Positions 13,761 to 25,174 of a stretch of DNA of 64,000 nucleotides are shown here, one piece after another. The stretch comes from Piromyces finnis finn. Lineage: Eukaryota; Fungi; Neocallimastigomycota. Position 1 is the stretch's first letter, and each line of letters opens with the position of its first letter. Position numbers and translations under genes: made by a program. Location of the stretch: contig MCFH01000089.1 in the NCBI GenBank assembly GCA_002104945.1, forward strand, positions 1 through 64,000. Reading direction: 5' to 3'. The notes beneath the pieces were generated by a model. That model was not told the origin of the DNA. It saw only the letters and a program-made list of their open reading frames with translations, and did not search any database.

Positions 13761-13964
13761 TTTTTTTTATTTTATTTTTTTCTACTTTTATAAATATATA
13801 TTTAATAATTTTTATTATATATATATTCTTTTTTTTTTCTTCTTCTTCCTTTGACTCTTTTATTTATTAAGAAGCCAATATTTTCTTTTTTCTTTTCTTA
13901 TATAATTATATAATAATAATTTAAATTATTTTTTTTATATTATTATAATTTATTTAAAAAAAAA

Positions 13965-14772
13965 TAAAAAAGCTTCTTTATTATTCAATCAAGTTTTGAT
14001 TTATTATATGATTCAATATAAATTTTAAATAGTCTATTTATATTATTTATATATTATTACACAATTTATTCAAATAATAAATAAATTATATTTTAATAAA
14101 TTATTTTTGTATTCATAATCTGAATTATATACAATTGACTCTATATATATAATAATATATAAAATAATATATTACTATGTTGTTTATGAAAATCTGTTAA
14201 AATAGATTAAATCTTGTATCACAAAGCATTTTCACATGACTTGAAGGTATGACAAAAATAGAGGAAAGAAAACTAGACAAAAAGGAACATTGAAATTTTA
14301 TTAAGAGTTGTTTAATTTAGGATTTAGGTTTATAATTATGTCAACTTTATTAATATATTTTATGATAAAGAACTACTTGCGTTACATTCTTCTCAAACTA
14401 CATGTATTTATACATTTACATTGTGACTTAAACATATAATCAAATACAATATATACAAATACGTTTTAATATATTTCAATACATTTGAATACATGTGACA
14501 TAACGTTTCACATATTCTAACAAAATTAAAAAAGCTTCTTTATTATTCAATCAAGTTTTGATTTATTATATGATTCAATATAAATTTTAAATAGTCTATT
14601 TATATTATTTATATATTATTACACAATTTATTCAAACAATAAATAAATTATATTTTAATATGAAAATCTGTTAAAATAGATTAAATCTTGTATCACAAAG
14701 CATTTTCACATGACTTGAAGGTATGACAAAAATAGAGGAAAGAAAACTAGACAAAAAGGAACATTGAAATTT
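13965..14772. repeat. Direct duplication (13965-14298 and 14527-14772, second copy lacking about 88 bp) separated by a solo LTR-like element
   Basis: Near-identical blocks aaagcttctttattattcaatcaag... and atgaaaatctgttaaaatag...ggaacattgaaatt in both copies. Confidence 0.85.
14299..14522 (-). mobile_element. Short dispersed repeat, probable solo LTR (copy 1)
   Basis: About 220 bp, closely similar to 35188-35403. The minus strand begins TGTTAGAA. No matching TSD at this copy. Confidence 0.65.
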
Positions 14773-15344
14773 TTTAACCTTTTTTTTATTTATTTATTTA
14801 TTTAGTAATTTATTCATTCATTTATTAATAAATTAAAAATGGATGATTAAATTGGAAGGTATGACAAACAACAAACAAAATTAATCATTTTTTCCTTCAA
14901 CAACAGACATTTTAATGAAAAGTGGAATTTTTCAAATTTTAAGTTTTTTTTTTTTTTACCTTTCTTTATTTAATATTTTCTTAAAGAAAAAAGGACGTTT
15001 AGTGCAATTTTAATATTTCTAATATTTGCTGTAAAATATCTCTTTCTTTTTTTTTTGAAGCTTTATTACTGCTAAAGAAAAAAAAAAATAAGAAAAAAAA
15101 AGTTTTTGAGATTTTTTTAAAAAAAAAAAATTTAATTTAAAATAGATAGCACAAGAAAAATTTTTTATATTAAAAAAAAAATATAAAAAGATTAAATTTT
15201 GTGTAAAAAAAATAAAAATAATAAAAAGTAAAAAAATAATAACAAAAAGAAAAGTAATTATAAAAAAATAAAAATAAAAATAAAATAAAAATATATAAAG
15301 GACATTTTTTTTAAAATAGTTTAGATTTAAATAAAATTATAAAT

Positions 15345-16820
15345 ATGAAGACTGGTTCTTTATTTTTAACTTTATTAGGTTTAATTACAGCCTCTAGTTC
15401 AACAACTGTAAATACCATTACTAAATCTGGTTCAACTAAAACTGTTCCATACAGAACTGTATGTTCCACTTCACAAAAGCTTGTATCTGTTACTACAAGT
15501 ATTACTCCATCAAAAACAAATGCTTTAGATATCCCAGTTTACACTGTTGTTCCAAAAGCATATGAATATTGTACAAAGTTTTTGGAAAATTGTAAAGGAG
15601 GTCCAGTAACTATCTATGATTCTGTTAAAGGTGTACCAATCTATACTCAAATTGAATGTCCAGATCTTGGTTTTAGTAAGGATGATGTTATTGCTACCGC
15701 AAGTCCAAACCAAAAAAGTGCTTTTGATCCAAAGGAATTATATGACTTAGATCAAATAAAACTTACACTTAAAGAAAATACTGAATATATTATTCATGAT
15801 AAAACTTTATATTGTTATAAAAAGAGTTACACTATGAAACCAAGTGGTTTTTTTAGAAATGGTTGTAGTACAACTTTTTCTCCAGTTGAAATTTCTACTA
15901 AAATAGTTCCATCTGTTTCTACTACTTCCACCAAGGTTATCCCAACTACTATTACTTCCACCAAGATTATTCCAACTACTACTACTTCCACTAAGGTTAT
16001 CCCAACCACTACTACTTCAACCAAGGTTATTCCAACTACTACTACTTCAACCAAGGTTATTCCAACTACTACTACTTCAACCAAGGTTATTCCAACTACT
16101 ACTACTTCCACTAAGGTTATCCCAACTACTACTACTTCAACCAAGGTTATCCCAACTACTACTACTTCAACCAAGGTTATTCCAACTACTACTACTTCCA
16201 CTAAGGTTATTCCAACTACTACTACTTCAACCAAGGTTATTCCAACCACTACTACTTCTACCAAGGTTATTCCAACCACTACTACTTCAACCAAGGTTAT
16301 TCCAACCACTACTACTTCTACCAAGGTTATCCCAACTACTACTTCTACCAAGGTTATCCCAACTACTACTTCTACCAAGGTTATCCCAACTACTACTACT
16401 TCCACTAAGGTTATCCCAACTACTACTACTTCAACCAAGGTTATTCCAACCACTACTACTTCCACTAAGGTTATCCCAACTACTACTACTTCCACTAAGG
16501 TTATCCCAACTACTACTACTTCAACCAAGGTTATTCCAACCACTACTACTTCAACCAAGGTTATTCCAACTACCACTAAAACAATTTCAAATGGATGTGC
16601 TCCTGTTACTATCACTGTTACCAAAAAAGAAACAATTACTATGAAGGAAACAATTACAGTAACTGTTGGTGGAAATTCATCTCCAACTAATGGAGCTCAA
16701 GCTCAAAACTGTGCTTCTAGATGGGAACAATGTGGTGGTATAGGTTTTAATGGACCAACTTGTTGTCAATCAGGATTTAAATGCCAAAAAATTAGTGATT
16801 ACTATTATCAATGTTTATAA
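15345..16820 (+). CDS. Secreted protein with unknown Cys-containing N-terminal domain, about 22 TTTTSTKVIP repeats and C-terminal CBM1
   Basis: Signal peptide MKTGSLFLTLLGLITASS, 30-bp tandem repeat at about 15920-16570, CBM1 pattern CASRWEQCGGIGFNGPTCCQSGFKCQKISDYYYQCL. Confidence 0.92.
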   Translation: MKTGSLFLTLLGLITASSSTTVNTITKSGSTKTVPYRTVCSTSQKLVSVTTSITPSKTNALDIPVYTVVPKAYEYCTKFLENCKGGPVTIYDSVKGVPIYTQIECPDLGFSKDDVIATASPNQKSAFDPKELYDLDQIKLTLKENTEYIIHDKTLYCYKKSYTMKPSGFFRNGCSTTFSPVEISTKIVPSVSTTSTKVIPTTITSTKIIPTTTTSTKVIPTTTTSTKVIPTTTTSTKVIPTTTTSTKVIPTTTTSTKVIPTTTTSTKVIPTTTTSTKVIPTTTTSTKVIPTTTTSTKVIPTTTTSTKVIPTTTTSTKVIPTTTTSTKVIPTTTSTKVIPTTTSTKVIPTTTTSTKVIPTTTTSTKVIPTTTTSTKVIPTTTTSTKVIPTTTTSTKVIPTTTTSTKVIPTTTKTISNGCAPVTITVTKKETITMKETITVTVGGNSSPTNGAQAQNCASRWEQCGGIGFNGPTCCQSGFKCQKISDYYYQCL

Positions 16821-17329
16821 ATAACGAACATCTAATCTATATCATTATAAATTAAAAACAAAAATTTATAAATATAATTTTATATGGAAAAACAAATAAA
16901 ATAAATTAAAAATTTAGAAATTTTTAAAAAATTCGAACATACATTATTAAAGAGAAAAAATATATATAAAGTATTTATATTTACAAGTTATTAAGAAACA
17001 AAACAAAATAAAAAAAAAGTATTTTCATTTAAAAAATTTCAATAGATTTATTTGTGTTTTTTTTAAAAAAAATAATTTGTGGATCATTTGAATTTTTTTA
17101 ATTAATTGCATAAAAATTATTTGAAATTCATTTTACTGGTTAATTTAATGGGTTTAAAAAAGAATTTTTTTTTTTTAAATTGAACCTAAATGACTAGAAT
17201 GGGTATTTAAGTGATTTTAATAAAGGGCAAGGAAGAACACAGATAATTTTCATTTTATTAAAATGAATTTTTTTGTAGGAAAGAAATTTATTTATTAACC
17301 AGGTACACTCTTACAAGAAACGTAAGAGT

Positions 17330-17590
17330 TATCTCTTCTTGTTAGTTATTTTTACTCACTTACAAAGGAACACCATTCTTGACCATTCTTGACGATAACA
17401 GCAGAACTTCTAACCATAATCATGCCTTTTGTTATTGACCAGCAATGATCAATGTTCAAAAGGTTTGAAGCAACAGCCAAGAGCGTCAATGCTGAAGAAA
17501 CAGTATGACAGGCCAGGAGGGCCAGCACAACCAATGGAGATCTTTGACTAGGTGTCCCATTGGAAGTCAAATACAATTATTGTACTTTAG
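17330..17590 (+). pseudogene. Possible degraded non-LTR (LINE-like) reverse transcriptase fragment
   Basis: GC-richer island. Broken frames read LLTIIMPFVIDQQ*SMFKR... and IFD*VSHW, resembling RT segments (I...Q.GF...R and AFD.V.H). Stops and a frameshift are present. Confidence 0.35.
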
Positions 17591-18180
17591 TATGATAGTG
17601 GCTTTCTTACTTTAATTAAAGTGACTTGAATATATTATACCCAATTTTTATTCATTTGTGTTTATTTAATCCTATTTTTTTTTTTATTTTTATTTGTGTT
17701 TATTAAGACATATTTTTTTTATAACATGTATTATAATTTTAATAATAAAGTTTAAAAATAGTTGATGTCGTTAAAAAAAAAGTTATTTGTAGTGAACAAG
17801 CAAGAATGTTTTATTTAATAAAGAAAATCATGTATTTAAATTATTACTTGTAATAGAATTACACCTATCTAAATCTAAAACCTTGTGTCTATTCATAGTA
17901 AATGATGATGAATCATTGAATTTTTTGAATATTCTTTATTGAATAATACAAAATAACTTTATTTTTTGGCTTTTTTCTTTCATATTAAATTTAAGAATTA
18001 ATTTAATATTCTTATATATTAATATTTATATTCATGATTCAATGTAGAATTTCATTTTATTGTAATACTAATTTGTATTACATTACTTTTTACTTTTATA
18101 GTAATATTTCATTTATGTAAAATATATTATATTATATCTTATTTAATTATCAGTCATATATTATGAATGCATTATATAAT

Positions 18181-19243
18181 TGATATTCAATTATATTTAA
18201 TTCTAGAAATTTCATAATATATAGATGCTTAATAATTAATTAGAGAGATTTGATATAAAATATAAATTATAAACCTTAATTATTATAAATTGGTAAATTT
18301 ATAATAATTACATAAAATCCGATAAAAATCTTAAATTTACATAAAAAGTTATAGTCGTGGCGTATATTTAAATTATGATTATCACGAGAAATTATTGTAC
18401 ATAAATAAATGTTATTTCTTATTTTATTAATGTTTCTATATTTATTTTATATATTATTATTAATTCCATTATATTTATATTATCTACTAGTTCTAAATTA
18501 AATTTTATATTAATTATTCTTGAGAAAATTTATAATATTGTTTTTAATATAAACTTTATTTATTAATATTATTAATAAAAAGGTAATTACAAAGTACATA
18601 AATAGTTCATAAATTTATTCTCTATTTATACTAAGGATTGTGGCGTATTATTTATCATGAGAATATTCTATGACTAAATATATTAGTAATACATAATTCT
18701 ATTCTATTCTACATATTTCTAGATTTAAGTTAAATTATTAATGTTTAACATTCCCCCCTCAAATTTGTTTTTATGAAAAATAAAAATAAAATTTGAAGAG
18801 ATTAAGAAATTGAAAAATTTAAGTAGTAGAATGTAAAATATAAAATATAAGATATTAATAAAATAAAGTTGATTATAAGTTTTTGCAAATTTTGTTATTT
18901 TTTAAATATAGTGTCAGTGAACTTTTTCATTTTTGATCCATTAATATTTTTTGTTAAAAAGTCTGCTAGCATATTGTTTGTGTCGATATATTCTAATTTA
19001 ATTTTGTTATTTTTAATATTGTCTCTATTGAAATGAAATTTTATATTTATGTGTTTAAGTTTGGAATTTAATTCACCATTTTCAATTGCTCTTTTACTTG
19101 CTAAGTTGTCAGTATAAATAGTTATAGGTTCGTTGAATTTGAATAATTCTTCTAAGATATTTCTAAAGTATAAAATTTTCTTAGTGCATTCTGTAGTACT
19201 GATATATTCGGCTTCAGCAGTAGAAGTAGCAACAGTTTGTTGT
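18181..19243 (-). mobile_element. Ty1/copia 3' remnant: RNase H C-terminus (18895-19243), PPT and 3' LTR starting at 18750
   Basis: QTVATSTAEAEYISTTECTKKILYFRNILEELF...IYTDN...KLKHINIKFHF...YIDTNNMLADFLTK. PPT GAGGGGGGAA (18751-18760) is followed by TGTTAAACA. The left LTR boundary is a guess. Confidence 0.85.
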
Positions 19244-19848
19244 TGTAATGTTGAACACTGAAAGAATAGATTAGGATATCTATTCTATTACAATAACACA
19301 AGATTTTGAAAAAATAAAATAAAAAATTGTTTTATAAAATATCTTTTATTATAATAGAATTTTAATAATAACAATTACATCGATAAAATGATGAAAAATA
19401 TCTTCTATTTATATTTTTCCTAAATACATTTATATTATATTATAACTATTTATTTCTTATATATTATTATTTAAAATCTACACTAAAATCTTAATTATTA
19501 ATAAATATTTAAACTATAACTATTTTTAGTAAAATACAATTGGCAATTCAAATTAAGTACTATTTAATTTGAATATGTGCCCATGTATTATTGATATATT
19601 AATCATTTATTATTTATCTATTTCTATAAAAAACAATACTAAAACTAGGGATTTAAATTGAGAATATTAATTTGCTTGTTAAACATTAAAAATAAATTAA
19701 TAATTTATTTTGTTTTAAACTTTAATTATTAATAAATAAATTATGTCTCATTTTCTTTTTCTGAATATAATTTGTGTAACTTAAACAATAATACTTGTGG
19801 CTTAAGTTACATTAAAGATATCAAACAGAGGCGTTTGATATCTTTACA
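19244..19848 (-). repeat. 3' LTR of element A
   Basis: Near-identical to 31732-32336, with TG...CA ends. Confidence 0.95.
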
Positions 19849-19884
19849 ATCTCTCTCTCTAAGTCGAGCTCCTGCGAGATTAAT

Positions 19885-22800
19885 TTATAAGGAATCTTTT
19901 CTCGAAGGAATTTCAATTACAAATGGTTGGTATCTATGCTTGATTAGATTACCAACTTTATTCTCTCTAATTTTCATGGAGGAGTCGTTCGACTTATATT
20001 TTGACTTTTTAGAGTTTCTTTCAAACTCTTGTATTAATTGTTTATCTGGAATCTGATCTTCAGAAATCCAAGTGGATTTGTCAAATCCTTTCCATGATAA
20101 CTTATAAAATGTTTCACCATTAACAGATTTCATCTTTTCAATTTTCTCTGGAATTTTTTCAATTAAATCTGTGTTAAGGTGAATGTTCCTCTTCCTACGA
20201 TTAGACCTGTCGTTAAACTTGTTTTCAAAATATGGTTCTAACAATGAAAATGAAAGACTGGATGACATCTCATTGTCTTTGGAAGTTTCAATTTGAAAGC
20301 GAGAGAACTAACTTTTTCAATTATCTCAAATGGACCAAGCATTTGAGGTGCTAATTTTCTCTTTAGGTTAGTTCCAGGAGAATCTTTCAATAACCATACC
20401 TTCTTTCCTACTTCGAACTCCGGGGGAATCATTCTCTTCATATCGGCATATTTCTTATATGTTTCTTTTGCTTTTTCTAAGTTTTCTTTTAATAATTTAA
20501 AGTTTTCATTCATATCAATTACTCTTTGTTCAGCTCTACTAGGTCTATCATTAGCTGGAATTTCTAAGCTGAACTTTGGATGAAAACCATAATTAGCAAA
20601 GAATGGGGATTGATTTATAGATTGTTGTAAAGTATTATTATATGCAAATTCAGCAAATGGGATAAGATCAACCCAGTTATTCTGCTTTTTATTTATAAAA
20701 CAACGGAAATATTGTTCTAATATGCCGTTCACCCTCTCCGTTTGACCATCTGTCTGCGGATGGTTGGCAGTCGATAATGAATGATTGATATTAAGAAGGT
20801 CACAAAGTCTTGACCAAAAGTCAGAAGTAAATTGCGAGCCTCTATCAGAAATGATGGAATCAGGAAGACCATGCAAACGGAAGACATTAGCAATAAAAGC
20901 ATCAGCAGCAATCGAAGCAGTAGGAAGACAACGTAAAGGAATGGCGTGAGCAAATTTAGTAAATCTATCGACAACAACCATGAGAGTTGTCATATCTCTG
21001 GACTTAGGAAGATCAACAATAAAATCAATAGAAATATCAGACCAGGGCCTACTGGGAGTGCCCAAGGGGGATAACAATCCATAAGGCTTATGTCTGGGGA
21101 CTTTGGATTTGCAACAAGTCACGCAAGATTTGATAAAAGATTTAACGTCTGAATGAAACCTTGGCCACCAAAAGTTTCTGGAAATCAGTTCAGTGGTTTT
21201 CTTAATACCGAAATGACCAGCAGCAACAGAATCATGATGAAGTTCCAAAACTCTTGTCCTAAGAGATTTAGGAACATAAATAAGATTATTATATAACAAA
21301 AATCCTTCATTATCAATAATAACTTTATCAATATTTTTAATAGGTGCATTACATGCAGAACCATTCATTTTAAATTGGACAATAGAATTATACAAATCGT
21401 CATTTTTAAGTTCTAATAAAATAGAATCGATTAACGGTTTGTTATCGCTATGATGAAACGAAATAGTAAGACAAGAAACATCAGAATTAATATTATTCTC
21501 TAAATGGTCACTTCTACGAGACAGGATATCAGGCTTACCGGATTTCTTTCCAGCTCTATAAATGAGTTTAAAATCAAATCTGGATAAGAACAAATTCCAT
21601 CTAATTTGTCTCTGAGATAACATTTCAGGTTTTCTAGGAAATGTTAAATTCTTGTGATCAGTATAAATTATGAACGGATGGCGTGCACCTTCTAAATAAT
21701 GACGCCATTCTTCAAGAGCAATTACAATAGCTAAAAGTTCCTTGTCATATATAGGATAGTTTCTTTGACAACTCGTCAAACTTTTAGAAAGAAATGCAAT
21801 AGGATGTAATTTGCCATCAAATTCTTGAGAGAGAATAGCACCGACAGCATAATTACTAGCATCAGTTTCTACAATAAATTGTTTATTACTATCCGCATGT
21901 TTCAGAATAGGAGCTGACGTGAACAGAGATTTTAATAAAATAAAAGCGTCCTGATCTTCTTTCACCCAGTTAAAAGCAACATTCTTTCTAGTGAGTTTGT
22001 GAAGAGGGTTTGCAATTTTAGCAAAGTCTTTAATAAAAATTCTGTAATAGTTGCATAAACCAATAAAAGACTGAACCTCTTTAACATTCTTGGGAACCGG
22101 CCAATCGAGAATTGCTTTAACTTTATTTTCATCCATTTGCAATCCATCCTTTGAAATGACATAACCAAGAAAAGTGGTTTTCTCAACATCAAACTCACAT
22201 TTTTCTAATTTAACATAAAGATTATTTTCAAGTAGTTTCTTAAGTACCTTTTTAACATGCTCATGATGCTCTTCGATATTATTAGAATAAATAAGGATAT
22301 CATCAATATACGAGATAACAAAATCGTCTAAGTAATCACTGAGAACATCGTTAATAAAGTGTTGAAAAGTTGCAGGTGCATTCTTTAATCCAAAAGGCAT
22401 AACTAGATATTCATAATGACCATACCTAGTACGAAAAGCTGTTTTGTATTCGTCACCTTCTTTAATACGAATAAGATTATAAGCAGATTTGAGATCTAAT
22501 TTAGTGAAAATTTTAGCATTTTTCACTCTTTCCAGAAGGTCACTAATTAAAGGTAAAGGATATGAATTACGAATGGTAATGTCATTCAACTTTCTATAAT
22601 CAATACAAAGTCTCAGGGAGCCATCCTTCTTTTTAACAAACAAAATTGGAGCCTTTGCAGGAGACGATGATTTCCTAATAAAACCCTTATTTAAATTTTC
22701 ATCTATATATTTTTTAAGTTCCTCTCTTTCAACTTCAGTTAATGGATACAAGGGTCCATAAAATAAAGTTGAATCATCCTTAAGCTTGATTTCACAATCA

Positions 22801-24410
22801 TAAGGTCTATGAGGAGGTAACACTTCACAATTTTTTTCGTTAAACACTTCTAAAAATTCAATATATTCGGATGGTACGGTGACCATTTTTTCTTTATTTA
22901 ATTCATTATTCTTAATCTTTGTTTCTATTAAACTAAGACTATTTTCATTACATTCATAATTACATTTATTATTACTATTACATGTTTCACTAATTTTACT
23001 AATTATACATTTAACTTTTTTATTATAATTGTCTCCGTCATCTTCGCTGTCTTCTTCATCATTAATAGTTCTTACTAGGCGTCCTCTAACGTACTCCTTG
23101 TCTTCATTATTCGAGGTGTTTGCATTATCCGAGAGACCGATGGATTTAGCCGATTTTTTCATAATACTTTTGTCGAGGACTTCATGGTCTAATTCGTCCT
23201 TCTTAGATTTCTTCTTACTTTTTCTATTTCTTTTCCCATGGTTACAGTGTCTAGCGCAATATCCCGAACTAAAATTGATTTTCTTGGAATCATAAAAAGC
23301 CTCAGGATTGTGCTTTTTAATCCATGGTAGTCCAAGAATTACGTCGACACCAGGAACCTTTAAACTATATAATTGAATAGTTTCAAAATGATTTCTACAT
23401 CTTAATATGCACTTTTCACTCCGTTCCATTACACAAGAAATCCCATCGTTAACTCCTGAAACTCGGAAAGGCTCAACAGTTTCAAAATGAATTCCAATTT
23501 CTTTAGCAAGTTCAGGATTAATAAAACTTAATTCGGATCCTGAATCAACTAACACTCTAACTTTAACTTCCGGAATATTGTTTGTACTTAAATAAAAATC
23601 GATAATATTTACGTCTTTTTTGCTATCCATGACTCCCACTTTATAAATCCTTGGATTAGCAATTCTAGGAGTCTTTTCCTTAATAATCCGGAATACTCTT
23701 TTTGGTTTAACTCTATTAGGACAATTGAATTTCAAATGTCCTGGTTTCTTGCAAAGAAAACAAACACCCTTTTTTCTTTCTTCTTCAAAATTATTTGATC
23801 TCTCCTCATAACGACCGCTGGATCCTTGAATGTTGATATAACGCTTACGTTTCCTATCCGCACTAATTTTAAAAACATCAACATCCATAGGATCTCCCGC
23901 AATCCTATTGTTAAAATAGAATTCACTTAAAGAATTTCTTTTCATCATATCTTCAACCAAAATTGTTGATGATATTAACTGTTCCATTGAATTTGAATTG
24001 GTTTCAACAAAAGCCAACCTTTCTCTTAACTGTGGGTTTAAACCTTTCAGAAACATATAGATCTTTGCACTTTCATTAAAGTTTGAATTTTGGCTTATTC
24101 TTTGAAACTCGGTAATATAATCAACAACATATCCAAGTTTTTTTTGTCGGATGTTGTCTAATTTACCATTCGCAACAACAGTATCATAACGGTCACATCC
24201 GAAATTAGCCCTCAAACGATCTATAAATTCATCATAATTGTTTAATATCCCACTATTATTCCGCATTAGTGATGAAGCCCATTCCAACGGTTTCCCAGAG
24301 AAGTAGGAAATAACGAAGTCAACCCGGACGCGATCTGTATTATACAGTGCCGGTCGAGTTCGGAAAACCAATTCCACTCTGGTTAAAAAACCATCTAATT
24401 CCCTTTGCCT
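19885..24410 (-). pseudogene. Element A gag-pol (main part), with a 1-bp frameshift near 20250 before the chromodomain; 5' end displaced to 31214-31285
   Basis: Zn knuckle CFLCKKPGHLKFNC, protease LVDSGS, RT YIDDILIYS, RNase H ETDASNYAVGA, integrase HDSVAAGH...C..C, ISIDFI and GQTER. Chromodomain-like YKLSWKGFDKSTWISEDQI in ORF 19885-20268. Confidence 0.93.
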
Positions 24411-24415
24411 ACCAG

Positions 24416-25142
24416 TGTAAAAATTTTAAAATTTAAAACAGATTATAAAATTTTACAATAAAACATAAAACACGAAATAAATAAAAAGAAACAAGAAAAA
24501 CAAAATCTATTTAAAAATATCTCTTTTATTAATTTTATTTAGTTATTAACTAAATAATAGTCAATAACAATTATATCGTTTAACTATGAAATTTTACATG
24601 TATTTATATTTTTTACAAATTATATTTTAATATACTATTCTATTTAATTATACATATATTCAATATAAAATAAACAAAACTAATTTAATATTAATTTAAT
24701 TAAATAATAAAATAATAAAACTAAACTAAAATTAATTAAATACACTTTTGATTCAATTTGAGTAAACTACAAATTGAATACAGTCCATGTATTACCTATA
24801 TATTAATTAAATATTAATAATACTATTTATTATATATTTACTATTAAAAAATACTAATTTAAAACTACGCTAAAGTTATTAAACTATTTTTAATTAAATA
24901 AGAACTTTTTAAGATTTAATTTGAATATTTAAAATATTTAAATTTAATTATCCATTAATTTAAATATTTATCCAAATTTCATTTCCAATTTTGATATTTT
25001 AAAATTAATATTTATTTAATTATTCCTTAAAATTTATATAATAAATTTTATAAATAATTTTTCATTAAAAATATCAAAATTATTATTTAATAATTATTAA
25101 TTAATTATTAAATAATTTAAAGATATATATTATATCTTTACA
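24416..25142 (-). repeat. 3' LTR of element B
   Basis: TGTAA...TTACA ends; matches 30488-31213. Confidence 0.95.
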
Positions 25143-25174
25143 ATCTCGCCCTTTAAAGTCGAGCTCCTGCGAGA

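Noticed and set aside
15827-16624. 265-aa hydrophobic antisense ORF (VEVVVVGITL)n
   Set aside because: It is the reverse complement of the Thr-rich linker repeat of the CBM1 gene.
17352-17576. 74-aa minus-strand ORF
   Set aside because: No motif. The GC-richer patch is better explained as a degraded element on the opposite strand.
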